This document shows positions 37,482-49,385 of a stretch of 64,000 bases of DNA, one piece after another. This stretch comes from Octopus vulgaris (lineage: Eukaryota), in assembly GCA_951406725.2 (NCBI GenBank), contig OX597818.1, positions 119,908,001 through 119,972,000 on the forward strand. Reading direction: 5' to 3'. Under the pieces are notes generated by a model. It made no database searches. It worked only from the letters and a program-made list of their open reading frames with translations, and had not been told where the DNA came from. Each line of letters starts with the position of its first letter. The stretch's first letter is position 1. A program made the position numbers and the translations under genes.

Positions 37482-37749
37482 TGTAGAGATTTTGTTTTTG
37501 GATTTGGTTTGCAAGATTCTTTATGTGAGTTCGTGTGTTGAAACATATTCTGTTGTGTCTGGGGAGAGTCATTTTCTTTTTGTGCCTTATAATTTAACAC
37601 ATTCACCAGTAAAATTTCCACTTATTTCTTATTTTTATTTTCCTAAAATTTTCGTTGCGTCTTGCAACCTTTTCAATAGTCTTGACTTAAATTATAAGGC
37701 ACAAAAAGAAAATGACTCTCCCCAGACACAACAGAATGTAGAGATTTTG
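37482..37749. mobile_element. Short retroelement with partial inverted duplication and 13-bp TSD (Penelope-like architecture)
   Basis: TSD TGTAGAGATTTTG at 37482-37494 and 37737-37749; inverted ~50-bp segment 37687-37736. Same family as the insertion at 4182-4302. Confidence 0.75.
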
Positions 37750-38328
37750 ATAAGATTGTTACAAATGTTATCGCAATGCTAGAAATTTTATAAGGAAAGG
37801 ACAAGTTGTACCAACTCCAGTACTTGTCTGAGACTTATTTTATCAACTCAAAAGGATTAAAAACAAAGTCAGCATCATTGGAATCTGAATTAGAATGTAA
37901 AGAGCCAAAAGAAATGTGTTGCTAAGCATTTAGCCAATGTACTAGAGTGAATTCTTCAGCCCTAATCACATAGAACAACATCTCAAATGGCACAATAAAA
38001 TGTACACACTGTAAAGCTGATAGGGAAGACATCCAACTGCAGAAACCAAGCACAAAATGTAACATATGAGTGATATGTGGAATCTAAAAGCTGAACTGGA
38101 GGTTACCTGTCTAGGAGAGCAATAAATGCAAATAAGAACTGATACAAGGTAGGGGAGAGACTCTTTAGCCCTCCTCGCATAGGACTATCACCAGTGTTGG
38201 TGACTCAGTAAAATGAGACTAAGGAATACACAACACCAAAGTCTCCTAGTTTTCTGTCATTATGAGTTCAAGCTGATGCTGACCATGATGACCCAACCAA
38301 TCCACTGTAGCATGGAAAAATGTAAGTA

Positions 38329-38845
38329 CTGTAAATCTTCGAGTATAGTCCACCCTTGAGTATAATACGCAGGGGATTTTTTAGGGGGTTGTACTTCTGA
38401 AAAACCTAAACTTTGTGTATAATACTAATAATAACTTGAGTCGTGCATAATTAAGCCAGCAGCACCTAGTCGAACAAACACTTCCGCACATGTGTAATAC
38501 AATAATGGTGATGTTCTTAACTGTTATATGGGAATGTAAATATGTATGCAAATTATTTTTGTTACATGTTATTCTGTGTTCTGAATACTTTTATTTTAAT
38601 AAATGTTGTTTACTGCAAGTTATGGAGGATTCTTTTATGACTTCATTGCTTTCAGGCTTAGCTTAAGGTATTTTCCCACCCTACATCACAAAATGCATCA
38701 GAATAAACATTGCCGGACAGCAAATAGAGACTCGGACATTGCTTAGAAAATAATTTTCATTTTTAACCTCGTATATAGTACACACCAGGGATTTTCACCT
38801 TTAAGTTTTGGGGGAAAAATGCAGATTATACTCGAGGATTTACAG
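38329..38845. mobile_element. Tc1/pogo-type MITE
   Basis: TIRs CTGTAAATCTTCGAGTATA / TATACTCGAGGATTTACAG, TA on the left flank. Confidence 0.7.
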
Positions 38846-39250
38846 TTAAATGATGACAGCAATGAAAACTGTTCATACATAATGAGCAAATGACATTAAT
38901 AATATGTAAGTTAGTGTTAATATTTAATGCAAGGAGCATTAATAAGCCAAAAGAAATACCTCAAAGCACCCTGAGAATTGAAAGATTCTGCCATTTTACT
39001 GATCGAGACTGGAATTTTATTAGCCCCCAAAAAGATGTAAAATAAATTTGATTAAGGTAGGATTTGAAATCAGAATTACATAAAAAAAAAAAAAATTTAT
39101 AGCACCAGGCATTTTGTTTAGCAAACAATTTTACCATTTTGTTATGCTCAATGCAGGGACTGTTAAAAAAATATAAGATGAAGGAGGTATTTATTGAGAG
39201 GATGAGAGAGGTGAATAATAAAAATGTAAAACAATTAAGAGCACTCATAC

Positions 39251-39392
39251 CTTGTAAGGATTTACAAACCAGGTAGGCAGTTGGTAGTTATGAGAAAGCA
39301 GTTTTATTGCAGTACAGCGATGATAACGGGCATTTGGTTCTTCATATTTACTCAAGTAAGTTTTTAATAACAGCCAAGCTTGGTCAGATGCA
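39251..39392 (-). CDS. NUP160: Nucleoporin Nup160 exon (ASDQAWLLLKTYLSKYE...LPTWFVNPYK)
   Basis: AG/GT bounded, 142 nt, phase-consistent; AW.LL.TYL and LP.W motifs. Confidence 0.92.
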
Positions 39393-40870
39393 CTATAAAA
39401 AAAAAACAATAATGATGATGATGATCTTTTCTACTCTAGGCACAAGGCCTGAAAGTTTTGGGGAGGGGGCTAGTCGATTAGATCAACCCCAGTATGGAAC
39501 TGGTACTTAAGTTATCAACCCTGAAAGGATGAAAGACAAAGTAAAATGAAAGTGGAATTTGAACTCAGAACATAAAGACATTTTGCCCGGCATTGCTAAT
39601 GTTTCTGCCAGCTCACTGCCTGGATGAGGATGATAATAATAATAATTATGAATAATAATAATAATAAATAATAATTAATAATAATTAATTAATAATTAAC
39701 AATAATAATTATAATTCTTTCTACTGGAAGCACAAGGCCTCAAATTTGGGGGAAGAGATTAAGTCAATTACATCAACTCCAGTGTGTAACTGGTACTTAT
39801 TTAATTGACCCCAAAAGGATGAAAGGCAAAGTTGACCTCAGCGGAATTTGATCTCAGAACAGCTGCAGACGAAATACCACTAAGCATTTCGCCTGGCGTG
39901 CTAAAGATTCTGCCAGTTCGTCGCCTAAATAATAATAATAATGATAACTGTTTTTAACCCAGGCATTTGGTGGAAGGAATAGTTGATACAATTGGCGCCC
40001 ATTTTACTTGCCTCAACAGGTTTTCGCAAGCAGAGTTTAGTGTCCAATGAAGGAAAGGTACGTATAAGTGGGCTGGTTAAACCCCTGGCATAGGCCATGG
40101 GTTATGGTCTCACTTGACTTGCCGGGTCTTCCCAAGCACAGCATATTTCCAAAGGTCTCAGTCACTAGTCATTGCCTCAGCGAGGCCTAATGTTCAAAAG
40201 TCGTGCTTCACCACCTCATCCCAGGTCTTCCTGTGTGTACTCTTCCACAGGTTCCCTCAACCACTACAGTGTGGCACTTTATCGCACAGCTATCCTCATC
40301 CATTCAGGTCACATGACCATACCAGCGCATAAGCAATGTGTTGGTAGTTAGCTGATGAGATGGATGTGGTACTGAAAAAAGGGTAATAACTCTTGAAATA
40401 TGCATATACCCACTTATCTATTTTTCTATCTTCAATCACATTATTTACATCAACATATTCATATACGAAACATTGTAACATACAGTGACACCTCTGAATT
40501 CTATAGAAAAATCTATAGTTTATCACTTTCCACCAAAACTACTTCATTTTAATAAATGATGATGATGACGATATATATATATAATCATTTAAGAAACACA
40601 GTATATATTTTTTGTGTTCATCAAATATTCTTACCATTATGGAACATTACACTATAGAATTTTGAATAATTCTTTATTAGTGTTTTCATTTGTTCAGTCA
40701 AAGTCTTGAAGAGTTCAACTGAGTGAATAAAAATACTAATAAAGAATTATCCCAAATTCTGACTGCCGCCTCCTTCTTAATCTACAATATCTGTACTCCA
40801 CTTCAAATACACACACACACACTCTCTCTCTCTCTCTCTATCTATCTATATATATAAATATATATATATA

Positions 40871-41133
40871 TACAAAATTTAGAGGACTGACACTAAAAGA
40901 GGACAGCCTGTATGCTAGATATAGACGTCAAAATCGCCATTTTCTACGAAGAATGTGTTCTCAAGAAAGAATTCAGCAAAAAACCAAAGTGTAAAAATGT
41001 AAAAATTTTTACACTTTGGTTTTTTGCTGAATTCTTTCTTGAGAACACATTCTCCATGGAAAATGGCAATTTTGACGTCTATATCTAGCATATAGGCTGT
41101 CCACTTTTAGTGGTCAGTCCTCAAAATTTTGTA
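40871..41133. repeat. Near-perfect fold-back palindrome, ~127-bp arms
   Basis: 40871-40997 is the reverse complement of 41006-41133 with few mismatches. Confidence 0.92.
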
Positions 41134-41357
41134 AGTAAAAAATTTTTCATTTTCGGATTTCTTTTAAAATATGCTAAACCACTGGTTTTAATTGATTAAT
41201 ATCAATTTCTACCCTTATTTAATTTTATATATATATACACACACACACACACATATATAGTCTAAATAACCATACAACTAACTTTTGTTGTATGGTTGTA
41301 AATTCAACAACCAAAGAAATAACAGGAGTCCATGAAAATCCTGGAATTAACACTTAC

Positions 41358-41474
41358 CTACATACTTTCGTAGTTAAAACCTGAGATATCTCATTTTCTT
41401 TCAGCCATTGCCAAGCATTTTCTGTTATGTTTTCATCTCCACTGTCAGATTCACACAGGGACAAAGTCACACAT
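41358..41474 (-). CDS. NUP160: Nucleoporin Nup160 exon (CVTLSLC...AWQWLKENEI)
   Basis: AG/GTAAGT bounded, 117 nt; AW.WL..N motif. Confidence 0.9.
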
Positions 41475-43205
41475 CTGCAAGGAATGGAAAACAAAAATAT
41501 ATATCATTCATTATACATCTGCTTTTCCTTATTTTGCTTTCATTTGTGGGTAATACATAGTATAACAAAAGAATATTTCCAAAAATAACTCAATTGTATG
41601 CATGTATGTAGTGTGCGTGTGTGTGTGTATTATGGTAGCAATAAGCATGAAGAAGACAAAAAAGGAGATACAAGTTTAACCATTTAGCATTTAAACCGGC
41701 CATATCCGGCCAAAAGTATTCTGCCTGTTTTATGTTCAAAATGGCCAGATCTGGTCTTTCACACCAACCCTACAAAATCGTTTTAAAAATTAACAGCTAC
41801 CTCATCAAAATCTCATAGCTACAAGATAATGCATGATTAGTTCAAAACAATATGGATAAAAAAGCATTAATTTTGGCAGAATAATGCAAACACTAAAGGG
41901 TTAAACAAGTGCTGCACTAGTTAAACATTTAAAATGGAAACAGTTTTGATGTTTTGGACACTAGTCCTTCATCAGGAGAAAATAACATTGGAAGGTGAAT
42001 AAGAAAAAGTTATTGGAAGGAAAAATGGCAAGAGGTTAGGATCAGGTGGGAATGCGATTTTATGGGGGTGAGTTAAGGATGGAGGAAGAGTGAGTGTGTG
42101 TGTTCTTTTCTTTTATTTGTTTCAGTCAACTCCAGGATTTATTCTTTGTAAGCCTAGTACTTATTCTATGGCCAAACCGCTAAGTGATGGAGATGTAAAC
42201 ACACCAGCATCGGGTGTCAAGCGATGTTGTGTGTGTGTGTGGGGGGGACACAAACACAGACACACACATACACAATGGGCTTCTTTCAGTTTCCGCCTAC
42301 CAAATCCACTCACAAGGCTTTGGTCGGCCAAGAATGAACCTGGAACCATGTGGTTGGTAAGCAAGCTACTTACCACACAATATACACACACACACATATA
42401 CAGAGAAAGAGAGAAAATATATTATGTGGTTTAGACACAGGAGCACGATGCATCCCTTGGATTCATCAAACTGTCCAACTCATACCAGACTGGAACATGG
42501 ACAATAAATGATGATAATCTTTCTCTCTCACACAAACACACACAAAAAAATGAATAATTAACAACAAAGATAAATTTGAAGGAATACTTATTTTATCAAC
42601 ACTGAAGTAAACTTTTCTCTAACAGAATTTGAACCCAAAGAAAAGATGATTGAAATACTCCAGGCCATCTGGTGAATTTATGAATAATATTCATACACGT
42701 AAAAGTATGAAATGAATAAATTTGCTCCCAAAGAAGAGGGAGTCACTTATAGAACAAAAAACATAGCATCCCAAAACAATATTCTTTTATTTTTTTACTT
42801 GTTTCAGTCATTTGACTGTGGCCATGCTGGAGCACCGCCTTTAGTTGAGCAAATCGACCCCCAGGACTTATTCTTTGTTAGCCTAGTACTAAATCTATTG
42901 GTCTCTTTTGCCAAACCGCTAAGTAACGGGAACATAAACACACCAGCATCGGTTGTCAAGCAATGCTGGGGGGACAAACGCACACACACATACATATATA
43001 CGACGGGCTTCTTTCAGTTTCTGTCTACCAAATCTACTCACAAGGCTTTGGTAGGCCCGAGGCTATAGAAGAAGACACTTGCCCAAGGTGCCACGCAGTG
43101 GGACTGACCCAGAACCATGTGGTTGGTAAGCAAGCTACTTACCACACAGCCACTCCTACACCTATATATATATTCATAAATACAGGCAAATAAAATATGG
43201 TTTAC

Positions 43206-43332
43206 CGTAAAGCCAAATTTTCAAACACTGGATTTAAGGGTAGATCGTATGCTTTGCAAATAATGATAGCTCTGTCAAAAAGTCCAACACTGACTAATAT
43301 ACCAATCATTTCATCAGGTTGTATGGCAGGGC
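43206..43332 (-). CDS. NUP160: Nucleoporin Nup160 exon (PAIQPDEMIGILVSVGLFDRAIIICKAYDLPLNPVFENLAL)
   Basis: AG/GT bounded, 127 nt, phase-consistent. Confidence 0.92.
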
Positions 43333-43698
43333 CTGCAAAAGAGAAAAAAACAAAGAAACTCATACATTGCTTAATATAACAACTTTGCACAATACCATAA
43401 GAAAAGGATGTCATTCAAAATTACTTACAAAAATAGTACAAAAGGATTTTCACAAGGTCAATCCCCTAAGTTGTTGAATCCAAGTCAAGAGTGGTCGAAC
43501 AGATCTATAATCAACAGCATTCCAACCATGACTATCTTGTCCGTTTATTCTGCTGAGCAATCCCAGGGTTACATTAATGAAATATTAGAATGATTTGCCT
43601 GCTATTTCTAGGAGATCAGCTGTTCCCAACATTTTACCATTATGACACATTCTAGTACGTTCTCTACAACTGCTTGATTACTATACATCTAATAATTA

Positions 43699-44430
43699 AG
43701 GCAGCGAGCTGGCAGAATCATTAATACACCAGGCGAAATGCTTAGCGGTATTTCGTCTGCCGTTACATTCTGAGTTCAAATTCTGCCGAGGTCGACTTTG
43801 CCTTTCATCCTTTCGGGGTTGATAAATTAAGTACCAGTTACACAATGGGGTCAATGTAATCGACTTGATCCGTTTGTCCCCTATATGTTTAGCCCCTTAT
43901 GGGTAGTAAAGAAATAGGTATTTCGTCTGCCACTACATTCTGAGTTCAAATTCCGCTGAGGTCCACTTTGCATTTCATCCTTTTGGGGTCGATAAATTAA
44001 GTGCCAGTTGCTCACTGGGGTTGATGTAATCTACTTAATCTTTTTGTCTGTCCCTGTTTGTCCCCTCTGTGTTTAGCCCCTTGTGGGTAGTAAAGAAATA
44101 TATATAAATATAATAATTAGCTTATACTCTTACTCTTTTACTAGTTTCAGTCATTTGACTGCGGCCATGCTGGAGCACCGCCTTTAGTCGAGCAACTCGA
44201 CCCCAGGACTTATTCTTTGTAAGCCCAGTACTTATTCTATCGGTCTTTATTGCCGAACCGCTAAGTGACAGGGACATAAACACACCAGTTTCCGTCTACC
44301 AAATCCACTCACAAGGCTTTGGTTGGCCCGAGGCTATAGTAGAAGACACTTGCCCAAGGTGCCACGCAGTGGGACTGAACCCGGAAACATGTGGTTGGTA
44401 AGCAAGCTACTTACCACACAGCCACTCCTG
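43699..44430. mobile_element. Tandem family B SINEs (+) abutting an internally deleted family A SINE (-)
   Basis: Two B units at 43699-44100, then an A copy at 44125-44430. Confidence 0.85.
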
Positions 44431-44791
44431 TGTTTGTTCACAGTGATGCTAATGATATGTTGAAGTGGGAAGCTTCCACGTTGGTTTGGCTTGGACAGTT
44501 CAAAAGGTCAGACAAATCATAGAACTGTGTCAGGCTCTAATATCTGTTTTAGTGTTAATTCAATGGCTGGATTTTATTCCTAATGCCAACAAAATCACAA
44601 ACTGTACTGAGTGCATTTCTCTGGTACCAGGACAACTAAACATTGCCTTGCAACTTGAAAGGTCAAGGACCTAAAATAGAGCTAACTCACAGCAAAACAA
44701 TAACCAAAAATCAATCCTTACTGCACAAGTGCATACTCAGTTCTGTGAACATGCACCTGAAACACAGGCACCAAGCTAACTCATTTTTAAT

Positions 44792-45185
44792 AGGCGTAGG
44801 AGTGGCTGTGTGGTAAGTAGTTTGCTTGCCAACCACATGGTTCTGGGTTCAGTCCCACTGCATGGCACCTTGGGCAAGTGTCTTCTCGAGCCTCGGGCCG
44901 CCCAAAGCCTTGTGAGTGGATTTGGTAGACGGAAACTGAAAGAAGCCCGTTGTATATATGCATATGTATAAGCTTGTGTATGTATGTGTGTATATGTTTG
45001 TCTCCTCAACATCGCTTGACAACCGATGCTGGTGTGTTTACATCACCGTAACTTAGCAGTTCGGCAAAAAAGACCTATAGAATAAGTACTAGGCTTATAA
45101 AGAATAAGTTCTGGAGTTGATTTGCTCGACTAAAAGGCAGTGCTCCAGCATGGTCACAGTCACATGACTGGAAAAAGTAAAAGAG
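44792..45185 (+). mobile_element. Family A SINE
   Basis: Full-length copy. Confidence 0.9.
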
Positions 45186-45627
45186 TGGGATACCTTCTGG
45201 AGTTCTCCATATTTCATGACATAGTACACACATCTTATTTTTGCTGGCCCATAAAAAGAGGTTGTGAGAACTGATTTGTATATGATTAGTGAGTTACAAT
45301 CACCAGCAAAAATTTAATCAGTGCAGTGAGGCATCCAGTCATAAAAACCATACCAAGATAGACCTTGCTGGTTCTGGTGGTGATGTCACACGTAAAGCAC
45401 CCAATTCACTCTGTGAAGTGATTGGTATCGGGAAGGGCATCCAGCCATAAAAGTCATGCTAAACTAGTGAAGCTTGGTGCAGTCCTCTGGCTTGCCAGCT
45501 CCTGTCAAACTGTGCGGCCCATGCCAGCATGGAAGACGGACATTAAATGATGATGATGGTGGTGGTGATGAGAGGTTTTACACAAACACCCAACTCAAGA
45601 AGTTTTACCCGATAAAATATTCTTTAC

Positions 45628-45741
45628 CTGATGCTATCATTAGATCTGCATCTTTTTTAATTAAACGTAGACGAGCATCCACAAGAAGGTATTCTTTCTC
45701 CAGATCTTCTATTGTAACTATCTGAAGTTGTCGTTTCGGAG
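45628..45741 (-). CDS. NUP160: Nucleoporin Nup160 exon (PKRQLQIVTIEDLEKEYLLVDARLRL)
   Basis: AG/GT bounded, 114 nt; EDLEKEY motif. Confidence 0.92.
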
Positions 45742-46951
45742 CTGAGAAAGAAAATGAAACAGTAGATCAATGACATGAAATATCAAGAGGGTATCTGAAA
45801 CTGAAAATTTAAAAGTATACAATTTATGATATCGTTTAATAATAAAAACAAAGCAAAATGTAAACCTTTTTTGCTCATTACATGTTTTATGTGTTTTTGG
45901 TCAGTGCCCTAAACATCAGTTCAAGCCAATGTTACTTTTTGACCTCCTAGATATAGCAGCTGAATCTGGCTCATATCAAATGTAAATGCATTTGAAGGTC
46001 ACTTAAATATTTCTACAAAGGGAAACAGAAATACACAAACTTACATATATACAACAGGCTTCTTTCAGTTTCCACCAACCAAATCCAATCATAAGGCTTT
46101 CGGTAGCCCAGTCTATAGTGGGAAACACTTGCAAAAGATGCCAGGCAGTGGGACTGAACCCAAAACCATGTGGTTGGTTGGGAAGCTAACTTCTTAGTCA
46201 TACAGCCATGCTTGTACCTATATATATTTTACACTTGTTTCAGCCATTAGACTGTGGTCATGCTGGAGCATCAACTTGATGAATTTTTAGTTGAATGAAT
46301 TGACCCCAGAACTTATAAGCATGGTACTTCTCTTACGCCAAAATACTATGTTACAGGGATGTAAACAAACCAACACCAGTTGTCAAGCTGAACCATGATA
46401 CATGGCAGCGAAACTTGGACTGTGACCACTGAGGACATGCGTAGGCTTGAAAGAAATAAAGCTAGTATGTTTCGGTGGATGTGCAAATGTCAGTGTGCAC
46501 ATAGGATAGAGTGGCGAGATGACTGTGCTGGTATGGCCATGTGATGTGCATGGATGAGGACAACTATACAAAGAAGTGCCGATTTCTACGTGTAGAGGGA
46601 ACCTGTGGAAGAGGTAGGCCCAGGAAGACATGGGATGAGGTGATGAAGCACGATCTTTGAATGTTGAGCCTCACAGAGACAATGAAAAGTGACAGACTTT
46701 TGGGGATATACCATGCTTGAAAAGACTCAAGCCAAATGAATTCATAGTCATGGCCAATGCCAGAGTCATGTAAATGGTACCCATGTCAGTGATACATAAA
46801 AGAACCCATGCTGGTAGCATGTTAAAAGCACCCATCACACTCTTGGGGTGGTTGGCATTAGGAAGGGCATCCAGCCATAGAAACCATGCCAAATCAAACT
46901 GGAACCAGGTGCAGCTCTTTGGCTTACAAGTTCCAGTCAAACCATCTAACC

Positions 46952-47491
46952 CAGGGGATTTCAACTGGGGTCCATATAAGCTTTTTGGGGTCAGCACAAC
47001 AAAATAATAAATTCGGGATCCATAATAGTATTTTAAGGGTTCCTGAAAAATTTTTCCCTTAGATGTATGTATTGGTACATATTGTAAGAAACAGATTTCT
47101 TTCTCAAACATTTTACACAGTTCAGCCTACATAAGTTAATGTAAGAAAAGCAAGATAGGAATTTGGAAAGAAATTACTATAAAACTAGCTTTTAAACATC
47201 AAATTACAATTGGGGTTCACCAGAATGAAATAGTAACCAAAGGAATCTATAACAGTATTTTAAGGGCCCCTGAAAAAATTTTGCTTTGTATGTATTGGAA
47301 GAAACAGCAAGGTTTTTTTCTCTGTTTTACACAATTCGACCTACACAGGGTTAATGAATGAAAAATAAAATAGGAATTTTGAAAGAAATTTCTCTAAAAA
47401 TAGTTTATAAACATCGAATGGCTAAGGGGGTCCACCTGAATAAAATAGAAATCAAAAGGGTCCATTGATAAAAAATGGTTGAGAACCCCTG
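46952..47491. mobile_element. hAT-type MITE nested in a family D retroposon
   Basis: TIRs CAGGGGATTTCAAC / GTTGAGAACCCCTG; perfect 8-bp TSD ATCTAACC at 46944-46951 and 47492-47499; internal duplication. Confidence 0.85.
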
Positions 47492-47670
47492 ATCTAACCC
47501 ATACCAGCATGGAAAGCAGACACTAAATGATGACGAAATCCACTCATTGGGCTTTGGTTGGCCCAAGGCTATAGTAGAAGACATTTGGCAAAGGTGTCAC
47601 GCAGTGGGACTGAACCCAGAACAATATGGTTCTGGGTTCTTACTCTCAGCCTCATATAAATAAAGCTTAC

Positions 47671-47734
47671 CATCTGTCTCTATTTTCTCTTCACCATCAA
47701 GGTAATGTTTTGGAGAAGTTCCTTCTTCAGGTGC
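47671..47734 (-). CDS. NUP160: Nucleoporin Nup160 exon (APEEGTSPKHYLDGEE)
   Basis: AG/GTAAGC bounded, 64 nt, phase-consistent; G.SPK...DGE motif. Confidence 0.85.
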
Positions 47735-48104
47735 CTGAAAAAAAAATCAAACATTTAAGTTAACATGAGAGAATTAAGGTCATTAATTCTAACTATTAAT
47801 AAGAAAATCATATCATTTATAGCATGTAAAGAAAATGGTGTTGTAGGAGTGTACGCAGCTTGTGTACTACAGCAGTACTATCCATAGCTTAAATACTGAG
47901 ATTGAAAAACAGGGGCAAATTATGCCTACCTAATCTACAAAATATTTTGTATTTTATGCATAGTAATCAGACAAACCTTCGTAATTTTATTGAATTAGAT
48001 GCATATTTTGCCATAAAAGGAAAATGCTGCTACCGATCTATTTTATTCAAGGTAGGCACTGCCTACTTTGCCTACCTAGGCGGCACATCCATGGTACGTA
48101 TGTA

Positions 48105-48312
48105 TTTGTGTGTGTGTATGCGTGTTTGTATATGTATGGGTGTGTGTGTTTGTATATGTGTGTGTATATGTATGTATGTGTATATGTATGTATATGTGTG
48201 TGTGTATGTATGTGTGTGTGTATGTATGTATGTGTGTATGTATGTGTGTGTGTGTGTATGTGTGTGTGTGTGTATGTGTATGCATGTATGTGAGAATGTA
48301 TGTATGTGTATG
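48105..48312. repeat. (TG/TA)n compound microsatellite
   Basis: Direct inspection. Confidence 0.95.
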
Positions 48313-48382
48313 TATTTTATCTTGTAGTGAGATTTGTTGTGAGATTAATGAACAATCTGAAATTTACATATAATCCACTTAC

Positions 48383-48552
48383 TGGGTGAGTTAAACGATT
48401 TGGTATAGGCTTCACCACCCAAGCATATTCTGGCTTCGCCAACCGTAAGGCATGCATAGCAGCCAAATAACACTGAACTTGGCGTTGAAGGCCACGAACC
48501 CCTGGTAGTTCTTGCCCCAGTCGCAGACCTTGTTCATACATTACATTGCCAG
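48383..48552 (-). CDS. NUP160: Nucleoporin Nup160 exon (GNVMYEQGLRLGQELPGVRGLQRQVQCYLAAMHALRLAKPEYAWVVKP)
   Basis: AG/GTAAGT bounded, 170 nt; hallmark Nup160 CYLAA..LRL..PEYAW motif. Confidence 0.95.
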
Positions 48553-49002
48553 CTGAAAATATTTAGAAAACAAATGAAATAGAAAACAACTTGTAGCAGG
48601 AAACATATTTTAAGAAATTTAGTGCCCACATTTTCTCCTAAACCCTTTCAATACCAACCCAGCTGAAACCGGCTCTGGCTCTGTAGTACAAATGTCTTGT
48701 TTTCATAAGTTTTGAATTAAAATGTTTCACCAAACCTTAGTCACAATTTATGTTCCTAACACTAGCTTAACGATAAGTAAGTTTTTTTTTATTAAATTGT
48801 TTGTTATATTTAAAATTAATTGAAAGAAACACAGAGCATCTCAAAATAAATATAGTAACGAAAGGGTTAAATATCAACTAGTCACCATCATTCAGGCACT
48901 CCTGATTCATTCATCTCTCTCCCTATCATCACCCACACTGTGTGTACAACCTCCTGCCATCACTAAACCAATTCTGCATAAGCACTCCCCTTCCTCTATT
49001 TA

Positions 49003-49385
49003 AGAGCACTCCGTCGGTTACAACGATGAGGGTCCCAGCTGATACGATCAACGGAACAGCTTGCTCGTGGAATTAACGTGCAAGTGGCTGAGCATTCCAC
49101 AGACACGTGTACCCTTAACGTAGTTCTCGGGGAGATTCAGCGTCACAGAGCGTGTGATAAGGCTGGCCCTTTTGAAATACAGGTACAACAGAAACAGGAA
49201 GAAAGAGTGAGAGAAAGTTGTGGTGAAAGAGTACAGCAGGGTTCACCACCACCCCCTGCAGGAGCCTTGTGAAGCTTTAGGTGTTTTCGCTCAATAAACA
49301 CTCACAATGCCCGGTCTGGGAATCGAAACCACGATCCTACGACTGCGAGTCCGCTGCCCTAACCACTGGGCCATTGCGCCTCCAC
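49003..49385 (-). mobile_element. Family C SINE (tail variant 3)
   Basis: Family C head with a different 3' half (...GAATCTCCCCGAGAACTACGTTAAGGG...). Confidence 0.85.
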
